This document shows, in pieces, positions 15,350-24,912 of a stretch of DNA of 64,000 bases. The translations under genes were made by a program, and so were the position numbers. Numbering within the stretch: position 1 is the stretch's first letter; every line of letters begins with the position of its first letter. Origin of the DNA: a virus (taxonomy: Duplodnaviria; Heunggongvirae; Uroviricota; Caudoviricetes); the IMG/VR virus record IMGVR_UViG_3300021387_000529, positions 1 through 64,000 of that record, one strand, 5' to 3'. A model generated the notes under the pieces. That model was not told where the DNA came from. It did not search any database and saw only the letters and a program-made list of their open reading frames with translations.

Positions 15350-16633
15350 TTACTTCCAGTTAATAGCTGCGATTTTGACAAGTCCAATTTCCTGATATGG
15401 AAGATTTTTGACTTTAGTTGAAAGACCAATTCCTTTAGACTTATCATATACGTCAGTTCTGATAACTATGCCTTCATTCATAGCATAGTCTGTCCAAAGC
15501 TTTTCATTTGGCTGTGGAACATAATTGAATATTAATTCATCACCAACGCGTTTCCAATAAGATTTCTCAGCGAAAGCAACCAATTCATCAATATTTGGCG
15601 CAATATCAGAAAACTTATTGTAGTGTCCAACATATGGAACTGTTCTAAGACCATTTCCAAGTCGATTTACAATTTCAACAAGTTTATCCCAACCGACCTG
15701 AACACATTCTTTCTTAAATGGGTCATATGCCTTTACAGCAAAAACAAGCCATGTTGGAGCTTTGAACTTGTAAATGTTTCCCTGGATGTTAGGTCCGCAC
15801 TGCTCACCCTGAAGAATATAGAATACACCATCTTCTTTTAAGAGGCGACGAAGTCCACGCTCAATATCATAGCGTTTCGCAGCGTTCCAGAAGTCGTTAT
15901 TCACTTCTTTTCTGTATGCATTATTGCGTGAGCAAACGAAGAAACGATGCTTTTTATCAGCAGGGTCGAGCATACATGTGAATGACTGACCTTCCATTTT
16001 TATAGTAGCATAAACTGGACTTTCTGCAAATTTCTCAATTGCAGCTTTGTAATTCTGGATAGAAGTCTCATCTGACTTATCGATGTAGAATGAAGGGAAA
16101 CCACCACTCTTGTTTGTGTGAGCTTTCTGCCAAATACGGCCAATCCAGCGAGTAAGTGCATGTGAAAGGCAGAACTTAACCCATCGTGGATAAGCTTTTT
16201 TGCTTATAGTTGGAGAAGCATCTTCTTCTGGCTCATATTTTCTGATATTGAGTGCTTCAGTAAGAGCATCACCTTCTTCATCTTTCATCAATTTTGCAAG
16301 AGTTTTCTCATCAAAACCAAGGTCTTTTACAGATACACCAAGACCCCATGACTTAACGCGAGTTCCATCAATTTTCTTACCCATTGTCATAGGCTTGATA
16401 ATGAAACCATTTGCAGCTTCAGAATAGCAACGTTTACGTAAGAACTCCCATTTTGGTTCAACTGGAAGAATAGAACCTTCCTGAATGAAAGCAATTTTGT
16501 TGCCAACAATTGCATCTTCCTTTGGAATAATACACTCATATCCGAGCTCTTCGAAAGTTACGTCAACAATTCGGTCTTTACCTTCCATTGGGATGACTTC
16601 TTTAATTGTGACAAATGATGCTAATTTTCTCAT
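15350..16633 (-). CDS. ATP-dependent RNA ligase (DRB0094/Rnl2-like)
   Basis: N-terminal RKLAS...D.I; KSDE..IQN; motif I KMEGQS; CSRN; QGEQCGPNIQGN; EGIVIR; KVKN. Confidence 0.88.
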   Translation of the reverse strand: MRKLASFVTIKEVIPMEGKDRIVDVTFEELGYECIIPKEDAIVGNKIAFIQEGSILPVEPKWEFLRKRCYSEAANGFIIKPMTMGKKIDGTRVKSWGLGVSVKDLGFDEKTLAKLMKDEEGDALTEALNIRKYEPEEDASPTISKKAYPRWVKFCLSHALTRWIGRIWQKAHTNKSGGFPSFYIDKSDETSIQNYKAAIEKFAESPVYATIKMEGQSFTCMLDPADKKHRFFVCSRNNAYRKEVNNDFWNAAKRYDIERGLRRLLKEDGVFYILQGEQCGPNIQGNIYKFKAPTWLVFAVKAYDPFKKECVQVGWDKLVEIVNRLGNGLRTVPYVGHYNKFSDIAPNIDELVAFAEKSYWKRVGDELIFNYVPQPNEKLWTDYAMNEGIVIRTDVYDKSKGIGLSTKVKNLPYQEIGLVKIAAINWK

Positions 16634-16715
16634 TTTCAACACTCCTTTGTATAATGTTCACTTGTTATATTCAATATATTAATGACATTGAACAGAATTT
16701 ATAAAAGAATTTTAG

Positions 16716-16812
16716 TTACCTGTTTAAATAATCTTTAAAAGGGTAAGTAAACTTTCTACCCTATAGATTTTAAATTATATAATAGTAATAGGGGAATTTC
16801 TATAAAAAATTT
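16716..16812. repeat. ~95-bp intergenic repeat, copy 1
   Basis: TTACCTGTTTAAATAATCTTTAAAAGGGTAAG...GATTTTAAATTATATAATAGTAATAG also present at 42028-42122. Confidence 0.9.
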
Positions 16813-16820
16813 AAAAATTT

Positions 16821-16850
16821 TTGAATTTAAAGGTAAAAACTCATATATTA
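16821..16850 (+). promoter_or_regulatory. Putative early promoter TTGAA-N15-TCATATATTA
   Basis: Recurrent motif upstream of 16889. Confidence 0.75.
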
Positions 16851-16888
16851 TAATCGTAAATCAAACCAATAACAAGGAGAACAACACT

Positions 16889-17284
16889 ATGGAAAGAACA
16901 ACAATTCACATCGGAACAAATGTACCAAACGTACTTCTCGGAGCTGGAGTAATTGCAGTGAATGAGAAAACATGGAATGAATGGGGAACAAGAACATACG
17001 GTGAGAAAAACACCATCAAAATGTTCGATAATGAAGAGCAGTATTGGAAATGGATGGAACGCAACAAGAAAAAAACATTCAAAACAAAGAATGATGACGG
17101 AAGCATTTCATACAAAACAATCCGCTACATGCCGCGCTATGAAGTAGCTGCTCTCGCAAGCTATGACGACGACATCAAGTTCCAGCAGATGAGCTACGAT
17201 GAAACAACTGACAAGTTCTTCACTGTACCTCGCAAAGCACGGAAACAGGTCGTAACAATGGCTCAGAAGAACATCTTCGCTTAA
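16889..17284 (+). CDS. Hypothetical early protein
   Basis: AAGGAG RBS; followed by perfect palindrome TGGTAGGGACATGCATGTCCCTACCA. Confidence 0.75.
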   Translation: MERTTIHIGTNVPNVLLGAGVIAVNEKTWNEWGTRTYGEKNTIKMFDNEEQYWKWMERNKKKTFKTKNDDGSISYKTIRYMPRYEVAALASYDDDIKFQQMSYDETTDKFFTVPRKARKQVVTMAQKNIFA

Positions 17285-17361
17285 GAGCTTCTGGTAGGGA
17301 CATGCATGTCCCTACCAAAATTATTTTAAATATTGTTAATATTATTACTAAGGAAAACACA

Positions 17362-17505
17362 ATGGAAAATTTGCCTTTTGGAATTGCAATTTTGGTTTTG
17401 GCTGTTTTGAGTGTTGTAATGCCTTTTTTCTTTGGAGATAAAGAACCAAAACATCATGGCTATACTCCTGAAATTGATGAAGAAACTGGTGACTTTAAGT
17501 TTTAA
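17362..17505 (+). CDS. Small single-TM protein
   Basis: TAAGGA RBS; MENLPFGIAILVLAVLSVVMPFFFG hydrophobic segment. Confidence 0.6.
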   Translation: MENLPFGIAILVLAVLSVVMPFFFGDKEPKHHGYTPEIDEETGDFKF

Positions 17506-18878
17506 AGTCCAGTAAATGTTTTTCCTACTAACAAGTCACTCAATTTATTGCCTAAGACTTTTTCGCCCTTAGTGTGAAGGTTTAGGTTATAAGTGAGTTT
17601 TGTATCATACACAGAATAAACAATTAGATTTGCTTTATACTCAGAACCTGGAAATACTCCGTCAATTCTGACACTATGACAATTTGGGTCTTCAATTCGT
17701 TTTTCAGTTACACCTGGAATATAAATTGTAATGCCGTTAAAATTACCTTCATCTTCAGGTTTTATTTTAAAGTCGATTGTAATTGAGTTTTCAGTTGTTA
17801 ACTCATCATTTTGGTGGAACTCTATTAACTGGCAATCTCTATCCTCATTGAAGTAACCTTCAACAACATCTTTTACAATGTTGTCAGTAGACTCACGAAT
17901 AGCTTTTCCTTCATTTAAAAGTCGTTTTGTCAATCCGCTGTTATCACGATAAAGCATATCATCATTTTCAACAGCCAAAACTTCACCATCTTGTGGAAGC
18001 GTTTTATCATTCATATTTTTAATGGCTTCTTTTGCTGTGTCATTTACGACAACTGCATCTTTTATAAGTTTAATTCTTTTTTCTTCATCGACAGTAAAAT
18101 GCTCATGAGGCGTCCATTTTGCATCTGCCCAAATAAGTGAAGTTTTTTGAGTGAAGACAACTTCTTCATCATTGTAACCATACATACCAGAAAAACGCAA
18201 TGGCAATTTGATATAACCATCAATGTCTTCTATTAGAGTTTGATATGTTCTGATTGTAAATCCGACTTTTAATGGAAATATTTTAGATTTTTGAAGCCAA
18301 TCTTTTTCTTGGTATTCTGGATTGCTGTCAATACTATCAACTGTTATAAAAACTGGAATATCTAAAGGTTGGCCACAAATTTCATGTTCAACTACGAAAT
18401 ATAATGGAGCTGTAGGTGTTTTTTCCCAATATAACAATTGAGAAGCAACATTTACGTCAGCTCTTCGTGCAAAGTAAATAGTAGACTCATATGAAACTTT
18501 TACAGCAGCTGCTTTTGTAATAATACCAGAAAATGGGTCAATCAAACCTTTTACAATCTGATACGCATTTTGAGTTGAGCCACGGTCGTCTTCTTCCAAT
18601 GAAGATGATTGTGAATATATAGCAAATGGCAGGTCGAGGTTTATGTAGTCATAGTCTTTGCCATTTTTTAAGTTTCCATTTCCAAGCTGCTCGATTCTTT
18701 TTCGAAAAACAATGTCTTCTTTTGAATATAAAACTTTTCCTAAGTCACCTTTGAAAAGCAAGCTTGAAAGTAAAAACTCCATTCCAAGTTTACACATGAA
18801 ATTTGTATCAACAAAGTTTTTATCTTTTAATGAGTCATAATATCCATGTATTTTAAGTTCTTGTCCTTTTTTAGCCAT
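17502..18878 (-). CDS. Hypothetical, probably virion structural protein
   Basis: 458-aa ORF with ACTAATT upstream; adjacent to tail module. Confidence 0.6.
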   Translation of the reverse strand: MAKKGQELKIHGYYDSLKDKNFVDTNFMCKLGMEFLLSSLLFKGDLGKVLYSKEDIVFRKRIEQLGNGNLKNGKDYDYINLDLPFAIYSQSSSLEEDDRGSTQNAYQIVKGLIDPFSGIITKAAAVKVSYESTIYFARRADVNVASQLLYWEKTPTAPLYFVVEHEICGQPLDIPVFITVDSIDSNPEYQEKDWLQKSKIFPLKVGFTIRTYQTLIEDIDGYIKLPLRFSGMYGYNDEEVVFTQKTSLIWADAKWTPHEHFTVDEEKRIKLIKDAVVVNDTAKEAIKNMNDKTLPQDGEVLAVENDDMLYRDNSGLTKRLLNEGKAIRESTDNIVKDVVEGYFNEDRDCQLIEFHQNDELTTENSITIDFKIKPEDEGNFNGITIYIPGVTEKRIEDPNCHSVRIDGVFPGSEYKANLIVYSVYDTKLTYNLNLHTKGEKVLGNKLSDLLVGKTFTGL

Positions 18879-18885
18879 ATTTTTA

Positions 18886-18908
18886 AATTAGTCACGAAAA
18901 AACTAATT
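18886..18908. promoter_or_regulatory. Back-to-back ACTAATT putative late promoters
   Basis: AATTAGT (18886-18892) and ACTAATT (18902-18908) lie 7 and 5 nt from divergent ATGs. Confidence 0.65.
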
Positions 18909-18913
18909 TAATT

Positions 18914-20251
18914 ATGCAGATGGACTCTACAATAAAACGTGTTTATGACCAATACCATTTAAAAGACTTTGAGTATGGAAAAGTTGGTTCAGATAATTTG
19001 AATCCTCAGCGTGAAATGATTAAAGACCAAGTCACTTTAATTGAAGCTGCAGTTCAAGAACTAACTGACGAAATCATAAGAAAAAAGATTCGAGTTCCTA
19101 AAGAAGTTGAAGACCCTATTAAAGCAGTAGTTTCAGGTGAGAGTCCAACTTCATCTTCACCAGAAAGAAGAGCACGCGCAAAAAGAGCTGGTTCTGACAC
19201 TTTAGCAATTTTTGGTGATATACCTGAAGACTTAGAGCTTTGGATTGGAACATTTCCAGGAAGTGTAAATGAGTTATCATTGCCGCCAATCATTGCCTGT
19301 GAAGAAATTTTACGTAAATATAACTTCGACACAGGTGAGATTACTGAAGTTGCAAGTCCAAATGATGGTGAAATGACTTATGAGATTTCAACTTCAAATA
19401 GTGATGATGACGAAGATGACAATGATGATAGTAATGAAGATGGCGAGGATAATTATAGTGAGCAATTAGCTGAATGTGCTGAGATTGAAATGGAATGGTT
19501 GAAAATTATTTTAGCCATTTTAAAAATTATTAAAATTTTAAATATGATTCTTGAAAAAGTAATTGCAACTGTTGTGTTAGTCATTAAAATTGTATGTTTA
19601 GCTGCAGGTGCATGGATTAATCCTCCAAATATTGCACAGATTGTGAAAATAATTGTATCAATGGTTATGGGATTAATCTGTATGATTATAGCAAAATTGA
19701 TTCAATTACTCTTTAGTTTATTAAACTTAGACTGTTTAGCAGACCAAGTTATGGATGTTTTAGACCAGATCCAAGAAGCTATGAACGCATTTTCAAGTAC
19801 GCTTGGAATGTTAGACCCAAACACAATTACATTCTTAGGTGACCTCATGAAAAATGGTATGAGTGATTTGACAAGCATTGTAGAAGAATTGATGCAATCT
19901 AAACATGAGGCATGGGAACAGGCAAAACAAGAAATTGCTCAGACATTCTCAAAAGAAAACTTGAAGAAAATACAAGACCAAATGTTGAAAGAAGCTGCAA
20001 ATGCTGCCCTTAATGAAGCAAATGCTCAGTCAGGTGGAAAAGTAACAGCAATCTTCAATCAAGCTTCATCTGTTATAAATGAAGCACAGAATATTTCGAA
20101 AGAAACTGTTGATAAGTTTAATGCAATGCAAGAAGCTTTCACAGTTGCTCAAAATGAGCTTCTTAGAGGTGAAGAAAAAGCTCGAACAACAGACTCTTCA
20201 ATCAATAAGATTTTAGCTGACCCTTCTATCAAGGGACTTTCAGTGGGGTAA
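18914..20251 (+). CDS. Virion-associated protein with long hydrophobic helical segment
   Basis: WLKIILAILKIIKILNMILEKVIATVVLVIKIVCLAAGAW...; first gene of the structural run. Confidence 0.6.
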   Translation: MQMDSTIKRVYDQYHLKDFEYGKVGSDNLNPQREMIKDQVTLIEAAVQELTDEIIRKKIRVPKEVEDPIKAVVSGESPTSSSPERRARAKRAGSDTLAIFGDIPEDLELWIGTFPGSVNELSLPPIIACEEILRKYNFDTGEITEVASPNDGEMTYEISTSNSDDDEDDNDDSNEDGEDNYSEQLAECAEIEMEWLKIILAILKIIKILNMILEKVIATVVLVIKIVCLAAGAWINPPNIAQIVKIIVSMVMGLICMIIAKLIQLLFSLLNLDCLADQVMDVLDQIQEAMNAFSSTLGMLDPNTITFLGDLMKNGMSDLTSIVEELMQSKHEAWEQAKQEIAQTFSKENLKKIQDQMLKEAANAALNEANAQSGGKVTAIFNQASSVINEAQNISKETVDKFNAMQEAFTVAQNELLRGEEKARTTDSSINKILADPSIKGLSVG

Positions 20252-20254
20252 TAA

Positions 20255-23200
20255 ATGGCAATAGAATACACAAAAAATTATTGGACAAAAAATAAATCTG
20301 AAACTTCATGGGAAGTATCATCATTCACAGAGCGTAAAGCATCGGTTATAAACTATTTTAGCGCGCAAAGAAAAATCGCACGAAATGTTGGTGGTGTTGC
20401 AAATTACCAAGAAATGCTTGAAGGAAAAAAAGCATTTGCAGACTCATTGATTTCTGAAAAAGAACGCTCGAAAAGTGACTTCGATATTCTTAAAAAGAAT
20501 AATGGATTAAGTGGTGAAAACATTCAGAATGTTGAAGAATATAATACAATTATGGACGAGGTTGACTTACAGTCACAAGTTGAGTATCTTCAATTGTATT
20601 ATGACTCATACATGATGAACAGCAATTCTGATGCACAATGGCGCTTAGGAAGTTTGCTTGGAGACATCCGAACTAATGGAATATCTGATGAAAGATTTGG
20701 TGAAATTGTAAATAAGTCTGTTAGTACTCGTTCAAATATGACATATATGTATGATTGGAAATTTTTGAATGAGCAAGGAGCAAAAGAACGCACACAAAGA
20801 TTTTATTCTTCACTTGGATTTCCTCCATATAAATTTGGGCCAAATGTTAAGCTTGGTGCTAAAACAAATAGAATGCAGACTGTTTTGCTCAATAATCAAA
20901 ATCCAACGTTTAACCAAGACGAATTTAATGTTATAAGAGAAGACTTAACAATTCGTGACATTGGCATGAAAACATTGTCAGACTGGATAAATTATCTTCA
21001 GTGGACAGCTGAAGGTGCCACAGGAATTGTTTCAACATATATGACTGAGTGGGACTTATCAATTTATATTCAAGAAGGATTGATGCTTCCAAAAATAAAT
21101 GGTGGACCAATGGATATTTATCTTAATTATCGAGTTCGCCAAGATAATCCACTCTCAAATTCAGAAACTCAAGACTACGTTGATGATAGAGCTTTGTCAT
21201 TTAATGTCTGTGGTTCTGCTGTTTCAAAATTATTCTTTGATTGTACTAAAAACTGGCGCCCATCTGACTACCCACTTTCAGCATGGTGGATGCCATATTT
21301 AAAAGATAGAGATTGGTCTTTAGCTGGAATAAATTTGAAAGGCCCTGGTGTTGCAATTCCATATATGTCATTCTATGATGACCTTGTGGTAAACTATGAC
21401 TATGGAAACCAAAAAGACTTAAGAGATATTTTCAAACATCAAGATTATATTGGAATTATGGCTCGTGCAGCAAATACTATGGAAAATCCATATTGGAGCG
21501 TGTTCTATTCTTCTGAAAGTGATGGCACAACAAATATGGATATTAAGATGAAGAACCTCTTAAACCAAGTTGCTGGAGCTGACTATGGAAAAGCAGCAGG
21601 AAGAGACTTAAACTACTTGAAAACTATTGCACGAAAAGAGTGCATCATGAATGGTGGTTATTATGGTGGCCCTGTAACTGTAGACCAAAACGGTGGAATG
21701 TTTGGTAGAACAATGATTGAAAATACAATGAATCTTGAAGGTGAAGACACATCTAATAAGACAGAACAATCATTGGATGCTCAAAGTGGTGCATCAGGGG
21801 CTGAGAACTCAGAGTCATACTCTGCCCAAACAACTGACTCACCTGCAAAAAATTCTATAAACTCTAACAAAAAAGACGCTTCACAGATGTCTAAACTTGT
21901 TGGAATAAATAGACTTTCACCTGCTATTTATGGTGGTCCACACGGTTCTGACTACTCACCGTATAATTTACGTGACTACTTTAAGAAAGACTCATTGGTT
22001 ACACGTCAAGTTCCAAAAATTGGTTTTTCTAATTTGTCTACAGATAATGAAATTTCAAAAGATGTTTCATCTGACATTGAGGAAGGAAAATATAAATTCT
22101 CACCAACAAAAGCGTTATCTTATTTGAAAGAAGGCGCATATTCATACACAAAGAGACTTGTATATTGTAAAGAATATATTGAAAAAACATTTGAAGGAAT
22201 TGTGCATTTTAATATTGCAACACTTCAATTTGAAGCATATCTTCCAGATAATTATAATGGAGCAAAAATTCTCTATAATAGAGAAAAAATCACATATAAG
22301 ACAAAAGTCTATAATACACGACAATTAGCATCTACATTAAAAGGACTTGAATGGTGGACATTTTCAATTATTTCTAAATTCTCAGACTTTGGTTCTGAAA
22401 TTTATATCAAAGTGCCTGTATGTAAAGGAAAATATGAAGGATTTATCGAAAAAACTGTAAAGTTTTATGACATGCAAGACTATCCAGACTTAAGATGGAA
22501 AATTACAGCGCATAAATTCTTAGGTTGGACTACAACTACAGGAAAAAAAGAAGTTTTATTCAATACAGTAAAAAGTTTTAATACTGGAGCATTGCCAGAA
22601 CAAGCAATTGATATTGAACAAAAAACTGGTTTTGTATTGTCTTGTAATTCAGCATATGATGAAGAGATGATTAAATTGCAGCTTGTGCAATATAATAGAG
22701 GATTGACAAATTCACCAAAATATTTGTATTTCTGTGGATGCGATAATATAAACTCACGCTATACAGATGGGCCTTCATATATTTTCAAGGCTCCAGTATA
22801 TTTATTGTATTATGAAAATACTATTGAATACTATAAAAAGTTTTTATTTTGGACTGTACATGCAGGAACGTCTCGTACATATATGCCATATCTTTATGTA
22901 GACTTGGCAAATACAACTGAATATTATGACTTAACAGTAAAAAATGATAAAATTATTAGAGGCTCTGCTGAAAACATTCCAATGCATTTAGCTGATGTTT
23001 ATGCTACAAATGGACTCACATATAATCCTATGCAAAAAATGAAGCTTGGAATGAAGCATACAATTACATCATTCAAAGCAAAAAAGACTATGTCTGGTTT
23101 AGTAAACATGGTTTTTGGAAAAGCAGGAAATGGAGTAAATAATGGCTTTGGCGACATTGTATGGACTACAACATCTGACGTTGGTATTGAAGGAATAGGT

Positions 23201-24895
23201 ATTCTTTCTGGCTGGCAAGGAATTGATGTAAACTGTGAAAATATTTCAACAATCTTTGGAAATTATGATGTTAAAAATATTATTAATAGAAAAGATGGTG
23301 ATATTGATAATATTCCAATAAACCAATTACCAATGTCAACTATACAAAGAGCAAATCCAATATCATTTAGAGCTGACTTCTCTCCAAATATCACATATAT
23401 GTCATATCTTGGATTTGACTTTCTCCAAGCATTTACAAAGAAAACAATGGATAACGCGCTTAAACGTGCAATTAATAGTATTTGTATATCAATTTATTTC
23501 AATCTTTATGATAGTAAAGACCTCATGAAAATTGATATAAATGAGCCAATTAAAAATTTTGTTTCATATTGTCAAAGTGAGCTTGGTTATCTCAAAATGG
23601 CAAAAGATGTATTTAACACTTTAAACTTTGAGTTAATACGAAAATTGCTTTTGAATAATGTTGACGCTTGTGTATTGAAAGCATCTGGACTTAAGAAGAT
23701 TGATGAAAATAATTTTGTAAAAGTAAATGCTGATAAAAAGCATGTTTTATATAATTATTGGATTGATGTTGCAATTCAGCTCTTTTATGATAAGTCTAAA
23801 CATAACACAAAAAGAGAAAAGATAAATGACAGATTTAACTATTTGATGTCAATCCTTACAGACACAATAAATACTGTGACAAAAATTTTGGAAAAAGAAA
23901 CTCTTGATTGGACATATAATGATTGGAAAGTTATTATGGGTCAAATTTATATTCAAGAGCAAAACATAGTTAAAAACGAAATTGATGAGTTCTTCTTTGC
24001 GTATTTGAATATTCTTTATTGTTATCGTTTGTATTTTATTGGAAAACGTTTCAATAAAGAAGACGGAACTATGTGGGCAATGCGTCAGCTCGAATCAACA
24101 ATTGACTTAGTACACACAAATGAAGAACCTGCCAAGTCTCCAAAAGAATTGAATGATGAAGATAAAGATATTTATAATGTTGTATTCTATGAAGTTCAAA
24201 ATACTCTTGACTTAAAGCGTGAAGTCATCATTGATGAAAGTCATCCTCCACTAACAGTTGACAAAGTTTACCGTATTTATGTAAAAGTTGAATATGGAAC
24301 AGAAAATGATTGGAATAAATGGATTGCATATCGTGATGATGTAAATAATAACCCAAAAGCACGAGAAGTTATTCGTATGAATGTTGATGGTGATGTTAGA
24401 TACGTTTTCAAACCGACTGATGGGCTCTATCAATTTAAGTCTAAAGAATGGAACGACAATGTAAAGAATGAAGAATGGAATTACAACCATAAAGACAAAC
24501 CTGCAAAAGAGGTAAAAGAATACATCAATTGTGTTTTCCCAATTGAGTGGAAACCTGTAAAAGGAAAGACACCAATTCGTTGGAATGTTCTTGGCTCAGT
24601 AAATGTTGATAATCTTCTTGAATATTCGCATGAGTCTATATCTGCGCAAGACTTGGTGTGTTTGACAGAAGAAGGCTCAGACTTCTGGACAATTACAATT
24701 CCAGCAAATATGTGGCCTGAAAAAGAATTGTATAAAACAAAATTGTATATTAAACTGATGACAGACCAAATTGATATTTACAATGATATTTATACAGTTG
24801 TTGCAGGACCATTCGCTAATTCTATCTCACCAATTAGAACATACGATGGTAATCTCCTTGAAAGGTTGAAAGATGAGATTTCATTCTTGAAATAG
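20255..24895 (+). CDS. Large putative structural protein (1546 aa)
   Basis: Long ORF in tail/baseplate cluster. Confidence 0.65.
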   Translation: MAIEYTKNYWTKNKSETSWEVSSFTERKASVINYFSAQRKIARNVGGVANYQEMLEGKKAFADSLISEKERSKSDFDILKKNNGLSGENIQNVEEYNTIMDEVDLQSQVEYLQLYYDSYMMNSNSDAQWRLGSLLGDIRTNGISDERFGEIVNKSVSTRSNMTYMYDWKFLNEQGAKERTQRFYSSLGFPPYKFGPNVKLGAKTNRMQTVLLNNQNPTFNQDEFNVIREDLTIRDIGMKTLSDWINYLQWTAEGATGIVSTYMTEWDLSIYIQEGLMLPKINGGPMDIYLNYRVRQDNPLSNSETQDYVDDRALSFNVCGSAVSKLFFDCTKNWRPSDYPLSAWWMPYLKDRDWSLAGINLKGPGVAIPYMSFYDDLVVNYDYGNQKDLRDIFKHQDYIGIMARAANTMENPYWSVFYSSESDGTTNMDIKMKNLLNQVAGADYGKAAGRDLNYLKTIARKECIMNGGYYGGPVTVDQNGGMFGRTMIENTMNLEGEDTSNKTEQSLDAQSGASGAENSESYSAQTTDSPAKNSINSNKKDASQMSKLVGINRLSPAIYGGPHGSDYSPYNLRDYFKKDSLVTRQVPKIGFSNLSTDNEISKDVSSDIEEGKYKFSPTKALSYLKEGAYSYTKRLVYCKEYIEKTFEGIVHFNIATLQFEAYLPDNYNGAKILYNREKITYKTKVYNTRQLASTLKGLEWWTFSIISKFSDFGSEIYIKVPVCKGKYEGFIEKTVKFYDMQDYPDLRWKITAHKFLGWTTTTGKKEVLFNTVKSFNTGALPEQAIDIEQKTGFVLSCNSAYDEEMIKLQLVQYNRGLTNSPKYLYFCGCDNINSRYTDGPSYIFKAPVYLLYYENTIEYYKKFLFWTVHAGTSRTYMPYLYVDLANTTEYYDLTVKNDKIIRGSAENIPMHLADVYATNGLTYNPMQKMKLGMKHTITSFKAKKTMSGLVNMVFGKAGNGVNNGFGDIVWTTTSDVGIEGIGILSGWQGIDVNCENISTIFGNYDVKNIINRKDGDIDNIPINQLPMSTIQRANPISFRADFSPNITYMSYLGFDFLQAFTKKTMDNALKRAINSICISIYFNLYDSKDLMKIDINEPIKNFVSYCQSELGYLKMAKDVFNTLNFELIRKLLLNNVDACVLKASGLKKIDENNFVKVNADKKHVLYNYWIDVAIQLFYDKSKHNTKREKINDRFNYLMSILTDTINTVTKILEKETLDWTYNDWKVIMGQIYIQEQNIVKNEIDEFFFAYLNILYCYRLYFIGKRFNKEDGTMWAMRQLESTIDLVHTNEEPAKSPKELNDEDKDIYNVVFYEVQNTLDLKREVIIDESHPPLTVDKVYRIYVKVEYGTENDWNKWIAYRDDVNNNPKAREVIRMNVDGDVRYVFKPTDGLYQFKSKEWNDNVKNEEWNYNHKDKPAKEVKEYINCVFPIEWKPVKGKTPIRWNVLGSVNVDNLLEYSHESISAQDLVCLTEEGSDFWTITIPANMWPEKELYKTKLYIKLMTDQIDIYNDIYTVVAGPFANSISPIRTYDGNLLERLKDEISFLK

Positions 24896-24912
24896 TGACT
24901 AATTTTTATAGT

